Shown in pieces: positions 28,447 through 37,834 of a stretch of 64,000 nt of DNA; the first letter of the stretch is position 1; the number at the start of each line of letters is the position of its first letter. The notes beneath the pieces are model-generated. The model did no database searches. It had not been told where the DNA came from and saw only the letters and a list, made by a program, of their open reading frames with translations. The stretch is taken from NCBI GenBank assembly GCA_963664595.2, contig CAXXOK010000007.1, forward strand, positions 293,287 to 357,286, written 5' to 3'. Source of the DNA: Candidatus Limiplasma sp. Lineage in GTDB: Bacteria; Bacillota; Clostridia; Christensenellales; Aristaeellaceae. The position numbers were made by a program, and so were the translations under genes.

Positions 28447-29669
28447 GCCTTCAGCTCCTTTACCATATCATCCACGGTGAGAATGCCGTCGGGCAGGCGC
28501 AGCCCGCGCGCGGCCAGCATTTTGCTGAGCAGCGCCATCGGGGGCACATCCAGCCCCAGCTCGCGCAGCTCTTCCACGCGGGTGAAAACCTCCCGGGGCG
28601 TGCCGTTCATGGCAATCCTTCCGTCCGAAAGCACCACCACGCGGTCGGCCTGGGCGGCCTCCTCCATAAAGTGGGTGATCCAGACAACCGTGATCTTCTT
28701 TTCGCGGTTCAGCTTGCGCGCCGTTTCAAATATATCCCGGCGGCCCGTGGGATCGAGCATGGCGGTGGCTTCATCCATCACCATAATGTCGGGCTGCATG
28801 GCCAGCACACCCGCCACGGCCACGCGCTGCTTCTGTCCGCCGGAGAGCATGTGCGGCGCGGCGGCGGCATACTCCTGCATGGATACGGCCTCCAGCGCCT
28901 CGTCGATGCGCGTAATCATCTCTTCGCGCGGCACGCCGAGGTTTTCCAGCCCAAAGGCCACATCCTCCCGCACCACGGTGGCAACGATCTGGTTGTCCGG
29001 GTTTTGAAACACCATGCCCGCGTGCCTGCGGATGTTCCACAGCTGCGGTTCCTTGGCGGTGTCCATGCCGCAGACGATCACCTTCCCCTCCGAGGGCAGG
29101 TAGAGCGCGTTGATCATCTTGGCGAGCGTGGATTTGCCCGAGCCGTTATGGCCCAGCACCGCCACAAACTCGCCCTGCTCAATGCTCATGCTCACATGGT
29201 CCACTGCCTGGCGGGTATCCTCTTCATAGCGGTAGCTGACGTTGTGCATGGAAACAAGCCTGGATTTGAGCAGCTCTTCCTCCGACTGCGCCATCCAATC
29301 GCGCGCCGCCTGCCGGTCCAGCACAAGCTGGGCGCGCAGATCGTCCAGCGAAGGAAATTTTTCCTCCGCCCGCAGATAGTGCAGGTAGGTCAGCATAACC
29401 TCCCTGCCGTACAGATCGCCGCCGTCATACTCCAGAAAATGGGCTTCGATGGAGGGCTTGCCCTCGGGCGTGGTGGGATGCTTTCCCTGATTGAGGATCG
29501 CTGTAAAACGCTGTCCGCCCACCTCCGCCAGCGCGACGTAAACGCCGCCCGCGGGCAGATCCCCGGTGAGCGGATAATCCAGGTTGGCGGTGGGAAACCC
29601 AAGCTCGGAACCCAGGCGTTTTCCCGGCACAACGATACCGCGAACGGTATATGGCAGCTTTGCGGTCAC
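28431..29669 (-). CDS. ecfA1: Fusion protein: N-terminal riboflavin kinase domain plus ECF transporter ATPase EcfA1
   Basis: GTG at 29669, 7 nt after AAGGAGG. The first ~125 aa carry riboflavin-kinase (RFK) motifs (GKRLGSELGFPTANL, GVYVA, EAHFL.YDGDLYG, LR.EEKFPSLDDL). The rest is EcfA (GHNGSGKST, LSGGQKQRV, MVMDEAT). Confidence 0.8.
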   Translation of the reverse strand: MTAKLPYTVRGIVVPGKRLGSELGFPTANLDYPLTGDLPAGGVYVALAEVGGQRFTAILNQGKHPTTPEGKPSIEAHFLEYDGGDLYGREVMLTYLHYLRAEEKFPSLDDLRAQLVLDRQAARDWMAQSEEELLKSRLVSMHNVSYRYEEDTRQAVDHVSMSIEQGEFVAVLGHNGSGKSTLAKMINALYLPSEGKVIVCGMDTAKEPQLWNIRRHAGMVFQNPDNQIVATVVREDVAFGLENLGVPREEMITRIDEALEAVSMQEYAAAAPHMLSGGQKQRVAVAGVLAMQPDIMVMDEATAMLDPTGRRDIFETARKLNREKKITVVWITHFMEEAAQADRVVVLSDGRIAMNGTPREVFTRVEELRELGLDVPPMALLSKMLAARGLRLPDGILTVDDMVKELKACLSR

Positions 29670-29722
29670 GTGAGAACCTCCTTGCAAATCCAACAATACG
29701 ACTGCAAAACTATATTATATAG

Positions 29723-29751
29723 CAGTGGGTTTTGTCCGTCAAACGCAAGCG
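29723..29751 (-). promoter_or_regulatory. Promoter TTGACG-17-TATAAT for the ecfA1-ecfA2-ecfT-truA operon
   Basis: Reverse complement gives ttgacg / gacaaaacccactgcta / tataat. Leader of only ~45 nt. Confidence 0.6.
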
Positions 29752-29793
29752 CTCATTGCCTGCGTTTTTGCGCTTTTTCATCCGGCTTCGGCA

Positions 29794-29823
29794 TTGCGTT
29801 TCCCGCTCTTTCTATGTTACAAT
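29794..29823 (+). promoter_or_regulatory. Promoter TTGCGT-18-(TGt)TACAAT for the DUF3842 operon
   Basis: ttgcgt at 29794-29799 and tgttacaat ending at 29823. Leader of ~150 nt. Confidence 0.45.
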
Positions 29824-29977
29824 TTGCCATGTTATGGATGTTTCCTCATCACGGCCCAAGGCAACGCTGAATATAGCGTTTCCCTAAACCGTGTCCAATA
29901 AAAGCGCCCGCCTGCGGAACATTGTTGCCCGGCAATGCGGAGCGCCCGTACAGGTACGGAAAGGACAGCGTTTGGCT

Positions 29978-30403
29978 ATGACGATTCTGGTCATCGACGG
30001 TCAGGGCGGCGGGCTTGGCAAGCAGATTGTCGCAGCCCTCAAACAGGAACGTCCACAGGACGCCGTGCTTGCCGTAGGCACCAACACCACCGCCACCGCT
30101 GCCATGCTCAAGGTGGGCGCGGATATGGCCGCTACGGGGGAAAACGCCGTTGTGGTCGGCTGCCGAAAGGCGGATGTCATCATCGGGCCTATCGGCATCG
30201 TGATTGCCGATTCCATGCTGGGCGAGATCACCCCCGCCATGGCCGCCGCGGTAGGCCAGAGCCGCGCAAAGCGCATTCTGATCCCGATGAATTTATGCGA
30301 CCATATCATTATCGGCGTCATGGAGCAGCCCATCGGCCAAATGGTACAGGGAGCCATACGCGCGGTGGATGAACTTCTTCACGAATCGCAGGCAGACCGA
30401 TGA
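29978..30403 (+). CDS. DUF3842-family protein
   Basis: The ATG at 29978 gives MTILVIDGQGGGLGKQIV...GTNTTATAAMLKVGA...ATGENAVVV...IGPIGIVIADSMLGEITP, matching my recollection of DUF3842. Confidence 0.7.
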   Translation: MTILVIDGQGGGLGKQIVAALKQERPQDAVLAVGTNTTATAAMLKVGADMAATGENAVVVGCRKADVIIGPIGIVIADSMLGEITPAMAAAVGQSRAKRILIPMNLCDHIIIGVMEQPIGQMVQGAIRAVDELLHESQADR

Positions 30404-31185
30404 CAGATTTTGAAACCATTGCGGAGTTCCACCGCGCGCGCTATCCGCTGATGCAGCCGCAGGATTTTGGCAAGCTCGCCTTCCAAAGCGCGATGGGGCC
30501 GGAGCATATGATCACCGACGAGCAAGCGGCCGCCGACGCGCTTTTTCAGGAATGGCAGACAGTTTCCGTTTCCGAACCTCCATGCGGCCCGGAGCCGCTG
30601 GGCAACGGCCTGTGCCGCTTTCACCTTGCCAAAAGCAGCTGCTCGCCGGACGCCGCGGCGGTGCTGGCAAAGCTGTTTGTCCAAACAGCCGGAAATCATA
30701 CGGGCGGCCGGGCGGACCTGCAGGCCCGCCTTGCCGTGCTGGAGCGCCTGCCCGTAGAGGGCATGCAAACGTGGCTTGCCGGATACCGGCGCATGGATTG
30801 CCCGGCTGTGCACCACAGCGAATTATTCCGCAGCGCGTATCACCCGCATTACCGCATACTTTCCACCCGCCTGGCCGATTGCTTTGCGGCGCTGCTGTAC
30901 CTGTGCCAAACCGCGCGGGCAGGGTTGCCCGTAACGGTATCCCTGCGGGGCTTTAACGGCCGGGAAGCGGAGGAGATTTTCTCCCTGCTGCGCGGGCTGC
31001 TTCCCCACGCCGTTCACACGGTGCTCGCGCCAGTGGGCGCAACACTTTGCGCACGAATCACGCCGGATGCATCCGGCGAAAACCCCACGCTGCGCCCGGC
31101 CGAAAACGAACGTCACAGCCGGCGGTTTCCCGTTGGCGAAAACCGCTCCGTCACGGTTGCCTCGCCGTGCCTGCCGCAGCCATAA
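30400..31185 (+). CDS. Hypothetical protein (no recognised domain)
   Basis: 261 aa. Start overlaps the DUF3842 stop (ATGA). The C-terminal ~60 aa are low-complexity, so the true end is uncertain. Confidence 0.55.
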   Translation: MTDFETIAEFHRARYPLMQPQDFGKLAFQSAMGPEHMITDEQAAADALFQEWQTVSVSEPPCGPEPLGNGLCRFHLAKSSCSPDAAAVLAKLFVQTAGNHTGGRADLQARLAVLERLPVEGMQTWLAGYRRMDCPAVHHSELFRSAYHPHYRILSTRLADCFAALLYLCQTARAGLPVTVSLRGFNGREAEEIFSLLRGLLPHAVHTVLAPVGATLCARITPDASGENPTLRPAENERHSRRFPVGENRSVTVASPCLPQP

Positions 31186-31305
31186 CCGTTCCCGCCTGCC
31201 GTCATGAAGTCGGCGGCGGTTCAGATACCGGTACGATACCGTCATGAAGACAGTGAGCTTGCCTGAAGCAAAGCGAAAATCCAAAGTACTTTAGGAGGTT
31301 TCACA

Positions 31306-31875
31306 ATGAAAGTTTCCACCAAAAACCTTACGCTGAGCGCTATGTTTCTGGCGCTTGCCCTGGTGCTGCCGTTTCTTACGGGGCAAATTCCCGAGTTTGG
31401 CAGCATGCTGCTCCCCATGCATATCCCCGTGCTGCTGTGCGGTTTTCTCTGCGGCTGGACCTGGGGCCTGGGCGTTGGCTTCATCGCGCCGCTGCTGCGC
31501 TCACTGCTGTTTGGGATGCCGCCCATGCTGAACGTGGCCATCCCCATGGCCTTTGAGCTGGCAGCCTACGGCGCTTTGGCGGGCCTGCTGTACAAGGGGC
31601 TTAAAAACAGCGAATTCAAGCTCTTTGCCTCGGCGGGCAAAAACGGGAAAGGGATCGTCAACGCGTATGTGGCGCTGATCATTGCCATGCTGCTGGGGCG
31701 GCTGGTGTGGGGCATTGCCAAGTTTGCGGTCGTATCCCTGTTTACCACCGGCTTTTTCACCCTGCCCATGTTCTTTGCCGGGGCCTTTGTCACAGCCTGG
31801 CCCGGCATTGTGCTCCAGCTGGCCATCATCCCGCCGATCGTGATCGCGCTGGAGCGCCAGACCGTAAAAGCATGA
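31306..31875 (+). CDS. ECF transporter substrate-specific (S) component, substrate unknown
   Basis: 189 aa, 6 TM, N-terminus KNLTLSAMFLALALVLPFLTG...LPMHIPVLLCGFLCGW typical of ECF S components (ThiW/ECF_trnsprt-like). AGGAGG SD. Confidence 0.8.
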   Translation: MKVSTKNLTLSAMFLALALVLPFLTGQIPEFGSMLLPMHIPVLLCGFLCGWTWGLGVGFIAPLLRSLLFGMPPMLNVAIPMAFELAAYGALAGLLYKGLKNSEFKLFASAGKNGKGIVNAYVALIIAMLLGRLVWGIAKFAVVSLFTTGFFTLPMFFAGAFVTAWPGIVLQLAIIPPIVIALERQTVKA

Positions 31876-32501
31876 CCGAAAACATTGCGCGGCAGCTGAC
31901 AGCGAGCCTTACCACACAATTGCAAAACAGCGGCCGTGCCCTGCTGGTGATCGACGGCGACTGCGCGGCGGGGAAAACCACCCTGGCCGCGCAGATCGCC
32001 GCACACACGGATGCGGCCCTGTTCCATATGGACGATTTCTTTCTGCCCCCCGCCCTGCGCACCGCAGCGCGGCTCGCGGAGGCGGGCGGAAATATCGACT
32101 ACGACCGTTTTCTGTCGCAGGTGCTCCAGCCCCTGCGGCAGGGGATTCCCTTTGCCTATGAAGCGTTCTCCTGCCACACCGGCACCGCCCGGAGCGTATC
32201 CGTATCCCCGGCCGCCGTCACGGTGATCGAAGGCAGTTATGCGCTGCATCCCCGTTTTTTGGATGTCTACAATGCGCTGAACGCTATGAAGGTGTTCCTC
32301 GCGGTTGATCCGCTGGAGCAGCTGCGCCGCATTGAGCGGCGTAACGGCGCGGCCATGCTGAAGCGTTTCCAGGCGGAATGGATTCCGATGGAAAAGAAAT
32401 ACCAGCTGGCGTACGCGCCCCTGTGGGGCGATGTGCTCCGCGTTGAAAACCCGCAGCTCGCGCCAGCCGCCGAGGAGCCGTCTCTGGGCGGCTGCCTGTA
32501 A
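31872..32501 (+). CDS. P-loop nucleoside/vitamin kinase-like protein (uridine-kinase-fold family)
   Basis: The ATG at 31872 overlaps the S-component stop (ATGA). Walker A GDCAAGKTT. About 209 aa. Confidence 0.65.
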   Translation: MTENIARQLTASLTTQLQNSGRALLVIDGDCAAGKTTLAAQIAAHTDAALFHMDDFFLPPALRTAARLAEAGGNIDYDRFLSQVLQPLRQGIPFAYEAFSCHTGTARSVSVSPAAVTVIEGSYALHPRFLDVYNALNAMKVFLAVDPLEQLRRIERRNGAAMLKRFQAEWIPMEKKYQLAYAPLWGDVLRVENPQLAPAAEEPSLGGCL

Positions 32502-32624
32502 GGCTCCGTTCATCGGTTTTATCCCGGGCAGCCGTTCCCTTCCGGCCTTCGGCCTCGCTTGCTGCGCGGCCTGCCGCATGATATACTGAACAAAAATGCC
32601 GGACACGGCAGCAGAGGGATCGCC

Positions 32625-34328
32625 ATGCAGAATAAGCGCGTTTGGAGCTACTGGATTTTCGGGGCCTTGCTGACGGCGGCCATGTTCGCCGGTCTGAAAT
32701 TCCTGACCAATTTCCGGTTTGAAAACTCGGACGATATCCTGATGGTCAAAGCCTTTATGGGCTTTGAGGGCGGTCAGCCCGCCAATTTCTCGCTCTATCT
32801 GCATACGCTGCTTTCCTGGGCGCTGTACGGGCTCAGCCTTTGCGCGCCAAACCTCCCCTGGTTTTCGTTTTATCAGGTGGGGCTTTTGTTTTTCAGCTGT
32901 ACCGTAATCGTGAAAAGCCTGATGCAGTTGGCACAAAACACGCGCCGCCCCGCCGTTGCCGGAGCGCTTGCCGGGGTTTTCTTCCTGGCTGTGTTCGCGG
33001 TCTTTGCCAGCTGCCGCATCAACTTCACCACCACCGCCACACTGGCGGGAGCCGCCGCCATTTTGCAGACGATGACCGTGGATTTCGGTTCCTCCGCAAA
33101 AAAAGCGCGCTTGCGGGCCCTGCTGCTGGCGGTTTTGCTGCTGGCAGCCAGCTATTGTCTGCGCGTGTATGCGGCGCTGCCGTCGTTCCTATTCGTCTGC
33201 GGCGTGTTGCTGTGGCGGCTGCTGCCGGAGAAACACGATGGAAAACGGATTTCCGTTCCCTGGCGCGCCGTGCTGAAAGCGGCGCTGGTTTTCGCCGCCG
33301 TGCTTGTGGGCCTGTTTGCCCTGTGGCAGGCGGAAATCGGCCTACGCGGGCTGCGCGGGTATCTGAGCTGGAACGACGCCAACGGCGCGCTGCTGGACTA
33401 TACCGATTTTGAAACGAACGCCGCGCCCGCCGTTGCCTCGGGCAGCGGGCTTTCCGCGTCCGAGATCACGCTGGTGCAGCAGTGGTATTTCCTGAGCGCC
33501 GATATCGACGAGCAGGCGATGTGGACCCTTGCGGATGCCTACGGCCGGACGGAGCACAGCGGATGGGCCGCCCTGCGGAGTTTCTTTGCCGAAAATGCCC
33601 GGTATCCTTATCTGGCCGCCGTGGTGTTGCTGCTTGGGGGCTTGTGCCTGCTCAAACTGCGCAAAGGCGCATGGGGCGCGTCCCTGCTCTCGCTTGCTTC
33701 CATCGCGGGCACAGCATTATTGCTCTTCTATCTGGCCCAACAGGGCCGCCTGCTGTCCCGTGCGGTGGACAGCGTGCTGATCCCCTGCGCGGCGTTCAAC
33801 CTGGGCCTTGTTCTGCACAGCTGGCGCGGAGACGAGCGGCATACCACGCGGCGTATCGCAGTCCTTGTGCTGGCGTTACTGATGGCCGCGTCGGCGTTTG
33901 GCAGCCTGCGGCTCACGGTTGAAGCCATCACCGCCACGCCGGACTATGTTTCCCCGCAGCGCGAAGCGGATCTGGAAGCCTATGCGCTGCAAAATCCGGA
34001 GATGCTGGTGGTACGCACCCCCAACCTGCTGCGCGATACGCGGCTTCTGCCCGATGTGAGCGGCGGTACGCCCGGCAACATCATCATCTGGGGAGACTGG
34101 CTGTGCCGCACGCCCAGCTGGAACCGCCAGCTAGCCCTGTTCGGCTTTGACGCGGAACAATTTGCCGCCGGGGACTGGCTGCGGGATAACATCGTGTTCG
34201 CCGCGCTGAGCCCGGAGGATACGGCGGATCTGCGCGCATTCCTGACGGAAGCAACCGGTGCCGCGGTCGTGGCCGAGGAAGCCGGATCCTACGGCACGCT
34301 GCGTTTCTACCGCTTCGTCACACAGTGA
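32625..34328 (+). CDS. Large polytopic membrane protein, hypothetical
   Basis: The ATG at 32625 follows AGAGGGA. Contains 10 or more hydrophobic segments and then a ~130-aa soluble C-terminus. Confidence 0.65.
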   Translation: MQNKRVWSYWIFGALLTAAMFAGLKFLTNFRFENSDDILMVKAFMGFEGGQPANFSLYLHTLLSWALYGLSLCAPNLPWFSFYQVGLLFFSCTVIVKSLMQLAQNTRRPAVAGALAGVFFLAVFAVFASCRINFTTTATLAGAAAILQTMTVDFGSSAKKARLRALLLAVLLLAASYCLRVYAALPSFLFVCGVLLWRLLPEKHDGKRISVPWRAVLKAALVFAAVLVGLFALWQAEIGLRGLRGYLSWNDANGALLDYTDFETNAAPAVASGSGLSASEITLVQQWYFLSADIDEQAMWTLADAYGRTEHSGWAALRSFFAENARYPYLAAVVLLLGGLCLLKLRKGAWGASLLSLASIAGTALLLFYLAQQGRLLSRAVDSVLIPCAAFNLGLVLHSWRGDERHTTRRIAVLVLALLMAASAFGSLRLTVEAITATPDYVSPQREADLEAYALQNPEMLVVRTPNLLRDTRLLPDVSGGTPGNIIIWGDWLCRTPSWNRQLALFGFDAEQFAAGDWLRDNIVFAALSPEDTADLRAFLTEATGAAVVAEEAGSYGTLRFYRFVTQ

Positions 34329-34407
34329 CACAGGAAAGAAAATCTTTGCACACGGCTGAGCACGGGACATAAGCACCGCCGAAGTGATAAGAATTGATAA
34401 CAGCAAA

Positions 34408-34434
34408 GGCCGCCGGATCGTTCGCCCGGCGGCC
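34408..34434. terminator. 9-bp GC hairpin between convergent genes
   Basis: ggccgccgg / ccggcggcc. Only weak U-tails on either strand. Confidence 0.5.
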
Positions 34435-34465
34435 CTGCTTTATTCACAAACTATCTGATTTTCGC

Positions 34466-35386
34466 TTATGCCTTCGGCATAGCCTTTGCCCCATGGCCGT
34501 CAAGCCAATCGATCAGATCGGCAAAAACCTCCTCGCGGTTGGGCTCGTTGTGCATTTCGTGCCGCCCGTCCGGATACAGCTTCACCGTAACATCCTTCAC
34601 CCCGGCGGCGCTTAGCTCTGCGGCCACTTTCCGCACGCCTTCACCGCGCCCGCCTACGGGATCGCTCGCTCCTGAATACATCAGGACAGGCACAGTTTTA
34701 TCCATCGCGGACAGATTTTGCGGATAGAGGTTTTTCAAGCCCTTGAACATATCGCGGTATGCCCCCGCCGTGAACGTGAACCCGCACAGCGGATCGGCGA
34801 TATAGGCGTCCACCTTCTGCTCGTTGCGGGAAATCCAGTCCAGCGATGTACGCGGAGGCGCCCATTCCTTGTTATATCCCGCAAAACTCACGTTTTTCAC
34901 CAGATTGGCGGGCTTTTTTTCGCCGCCGAAGGCGCACAGCAGGTCGGCCAGGAACAGCCCCATGTTCACCAGCCCCGGCGGAAAATGCCCCGTGCCGGAG
35001 AGCACCACGCCGCTCAGGCCCTGTTCATGTTTCAGGCAGTAGTTGCGCACCACAAAGCTGCCCATGCTGTGCCCCAGCAAAAAGTAAGGAAGATCGGGGT
35101 ATTCCTGCTGCGTTTCCAGGCGCAGGGTATGCACATCCTCCACCAGCGCGCCGAACCCGCCGGGCCCGAACCACCCGAGCAGCTCCGCTTCCCCGCCGTG
35201 GCCCAGGTGATTGTGCCCCACCACCAGGATCCCGGCCCGGTTGAGCCGCTTCGCCATTTCATCATAGCAGGCGATATGCTCGGCCATGCCGTGCGCGATC
35301 TGCACAATGGCACGGGCCTCCCCCTCGGGCTTCCAGACGCGCTTGATCAGTTGTTTTCCCGTAACGGATTGAAAAGACTCCTGCAT
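34466..35386 (-). CDS. Alpha/beta hydrolase (lysophospholipase/monoacylglycerol-lipase-like)
   Basis: Nucleophile elbow GHSMGS, HGMAEH oxyanion region and C-terminal DGRHE. Confidence 0.8.
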   Translation of the reverse strand: MQESFQSVTGKQLIKRVWKPEGEARAIVQIAHGMAEHIACYDEMAKRLNRAGILVVGHNHLGHGGEAELLGWFGPGGFGALVEDVHTLRLETQQEYPDLPYFLLGHSMGSFVVRNYCLKHEQGLSGVVLSGTGHFPPGLVNMGLFLADLLCAFGGEKKPANLVKNVSFAGYNKEWAPPRTSLDWISRNEQKVDAYIADPLCGFTFTAGAYRDMFKGLKNLYPQNLSAMDKTVPVLMYSGASDPVGGRGEGVRKVAAELSAAGVKDVTVKLYPDGRHEMHNEPNREEVFADLIDWLDGHGAKAMPKA

Positions 35387-35425
35387 GGTACCGCTCCTTT
35401 CAAGAATATCATCACGCTTTACAGC

Positions 35426-36262
35426 TTATATTTTCAATTTCAGGCTGATATCCAGCGGCTGCACATGGTTGGTCAGGTCGCCGATCGAAATGCAGTCCAC
35501 GCCAACGGCCGCCACCTCCCGGATATCGCGCTGGGCCATGTTGCCGGAGGCCTCCACCACGGCACGGTGATGGATCAGCGCCACCGCTTCCTTCATCTGC
35601 CCGGTGGTCATATTATCCAGCATAATGATATCGGCCTTCACGTCCAGCGCCTCGCGCACCTGCTCCAGCGTTTCGGTCTCCACCTCAATTTTCAGGGTAA
35701 ACGGCGCCCGGCTGCGTGCGGCGTTCACCGCGTTTGTAATTCCATTCGCCGCCTGAATGTGGTTATCCTTGATCAAAATACCGTCCGCCAGCGAAAAGCG
35801 GTGATTGTGGCCGCCCCCCACGCGCACGGCATATTTTTCCAGCACCCTGAGCCCCGGCGTGGTTTTGCGGGTATCGAGCAGCTTCACATCAAAATCCTTC
35901 ACCAACGCCACCATCGCGCGGGTGCGCGTGGCGATGCCGGACATGTGCTGCAGCAGGTTGAGTGCGGTTCGTTCGCCCGTTAAAATGGAGGCCGCGTCGC
36001 CGCTGATGTCCGCAATCACATCGCCGCGCATGAGCAGGTCGCCGTCCTTGCTGTGAAAATCCAGCGCGATGTCCGCATCCACATAGGCAAATACGGCTTT
36101 CACTACCTCGGTGCCGCACAGCACGCCCTCGCTTTTTGCCAGAAAGCGGCCGGTGATCTGCGTGCCCTCCGGCACGGTGCACAGGGTGGTGATATCGCCG
36201 GTGTTTACATCCTCCCGAAGCGCGTTTTCGATGATGCGCTGCAGGTATTGCTGATCAATCAT
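35426..36262 (-). CDS. nadC: Nicotinate-nucleotide pyrophosphorylase (carboxylating) NadC
   Basis: 278 aa with TGERTALNLLQHMSGIAT, DTRKTTPG and IMLDNM. Confidence 0.92.
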   Translation of the reverse strand: MIDQQYLQRIIENALREDVNTGDITTLCTVPEGTQITGRFLAKSEGVLCGTEVVKAVFAYVDADIALDFHSKDGDLLMRGDVIADISGDAASILTGERTALNLLQHMSGIATRTRAMVALVKDFDVKLLDTRKTTPGLRVLEKYAVRVGGGHNHRFSLADGILIKDNHIQAANGITNAVNAARSRAPFTLKIEVETETLEQVREALDVKADIIMLDNMTTGQMKEAVALIHHRAVVEASGNMAQRDIREVAAVGVDCISIGDLTNHVQPLDISLKLKI

Positions 36263-37811
36263 GTTTTTCTTCCTCCCCGTCGGTGCGGAAATGTGAGCCC
36301 ACGGACACGTGCCGCGCGATCGCGCCCTGCAAAATAGCCTTCGCGGTGGACGCCATGTTGTACAGTTCCATCTCCCGCACGGTATTCAGCCGCGCGCAGC
36401 GCAGGGCGCCGAGCATCTCCTCCACCTGGGAAAGCCCAAAGGTGAGTTCTTCCCCGTTGCGGAGAATGCCGCAGTACTTCACCATGATGCCCTTGAGCGC
36501 GATGATGCGCTCCTCCGCGTCAATCTCTGTCTCGTGTACCGGTTCGCCGGCGGGCATTGCCACCGGCGGGTGAACCGGCACATTTTGCCCGGCGATGGTC
36601 ATGGCGCAGCGGCGGCCAAACACCAGGCATTCCAGTGTGGAGTTGCTCGCCAGCCGGTTGGCCCCGTGCACGCCCGTGCAGGCCGCCTCGCCGCAGCACA
36701 GCAGCCCTTCGATGTTGGTGCGCCCCCACAGGTCGGTCTGTACGCCGCCCATCATATAGTGCTGCACCGGCCCGACGGGGATATCGTCCCTTGTAATATC
36801 AATGCCATGCTCCAGGCATTTGGCATAGATGGTGGGAAAGCGCTTGATCAGGAAATCGTGATCCGCGAACGAAATCCGCAGGCTGACATACGGCAGCGTC
36901 TGGTTATGGATCTGCTGATAAATTTCACGCGAAACGATATCCCGGGGCGCGAGTTCTTTCAGCGGATGCACCCCCTGCATAAAGCGCTCGCCCTTTTCGT
37001 TGAGCAGAATACCGCCCTCGCCGCGCACAGCCTCGGAGATCAAGAAGCACTGCCGGTTGCGGTTTTCGGGCGTGTACAGCCCGGTGGGATGGAATTGGAT
37101 AAACTCCATGTCCTTGAGCGCTGCGCCCGCGCGCATCGCCATGGCCATGCCGTCCGCCGTGGCGACGACCGGGTTGGTGGTATAGCGGTAGATCTGCCCC
37201 ACGCCGCCGGACGCGATCACCAGAAAATGGGTGCGGTACAGGTGCCAGTAATCGTCCTCAAACACGGTCACCCCGCACACACGTCCGTCCTGCGTGATCA
37301 CATCGGCCACAAAGGCGTTCTCGTGCAGGCGCACGTTCTGCTTCTTCTGCATGGTCTGCTCCAGCGCGCGCACCATGAACAGCCCCGTGGCATCTCCACC
37401 CGCGTGCAGGATGCGGTGCATGCCGTGGCCGCCCTCCCGCGTGGTCATCAGGCGGCCCTCGCCGTCCAGATCAAACTGCGTGCCGATTTTGAGCATCGTT
37501 TCGATCTCATTGGGGCCTTCCTGCACAATCAGGCGCACGGCGTCCTCGTCGCACAGGCCCGCGCCGGCGGTGATGGTATCCATATAATGATAGAGAAACT
37601 GGTCGTCCTTCTCGGTAACCGCGGCAATGCCGCCCTGCGCCAGCGAGGAGGAGCTGGTTTCCGTTTTGTTTTTGGTAAACAGCGCGCAGCGCATGGTTTC
37701 GGGCAGATGATAAGCGGTATACATGCCCGCCAGGCCGCTGCCGATGATGGCTACATCCACATCGTGAACGATATACTGATCGGGATCGATATCCGTTACA
37801 TACCGTCGCAA
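36255..37811 (-). CDS. nadB: L-aspartate oxidase NadB
   Basis: FAD fingerprint DVAIIGSGLAGM, plus QGGIAA and HGANRLASNS. 518 aa. Confidence 0.92.
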   Translation of the reverse strand: MRRYVTDIDPDQYIVHDVDVAIIGSGLAGMYTAYHLPETMRCALFTKNKTETSSSSLAQGGIAAVTEKDDQFLYHYMDTITAGAGLCDEDAVRLIVQEGPNEIETMLKIGTQFDLDGEGRLMTTREGGHGMHRILHAGGDATGLFMVRALEQTMQKKQNVRLHENAFVADVITQDGRVCGVTVFEDDYWHLYRTHFLVIASGGVGQIYRYTTNPVVATADGMAMAMRAGAALKDMEFIQFHPTGLYTPENRNRQCFLISEAVRGEGGILLNEKGERFMQGVHPLKELAPRDIVSREIYQQIHNQTLPYVSLRISFADHDFLIKRFPTIYAKCLEHGIDITRDDIPVGPVQHYMMGGVQTDLWGRTNIEGLLCCGEAACTGVHGANRLASNSTLECLVFGRRCAMTIAGQNVPVHPPVAMPAGEPVHETEIDAEERIIALKGIMVKYCGILRNGEELTFGLSQVEEMLGALRCARLNTVREMELYNMASTAKAILQGAIARHVSVGSHFRTDGEEEKHD

Positions 37812-37834
37812 AATGATTTCCTCTTTTCGTTTCG

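Noticed and set aside
29670-29751. FMN (RFN) riboswitch controlling the riboflavin-kinase::ecfA1 operon
   Set aside because: The promoter leaves only ~45 nt of leader, and none of the conserved RFN core sequences are present.
29749-29780. Hairpin aaacgca...tgcgttt plus T-rich tail between the divergent ecf and DUF3842 promoters
   Set aside because: It overlaps the -35 region of the ecf promoter and no transcript is expected to end here. It is more likely fortuitous or an operator, with no evidence either way.
24861-29870. Plus-strand ORFs 24861..25877, 25980..27692, 27493..29007 and 28671..29870
   Set aside because: All lie opposite strongly supported minus-strand genes (mreB, truA, ecfT, ecfA2, ecfA1). 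Their composition is typical of GC-rich antisense frames.
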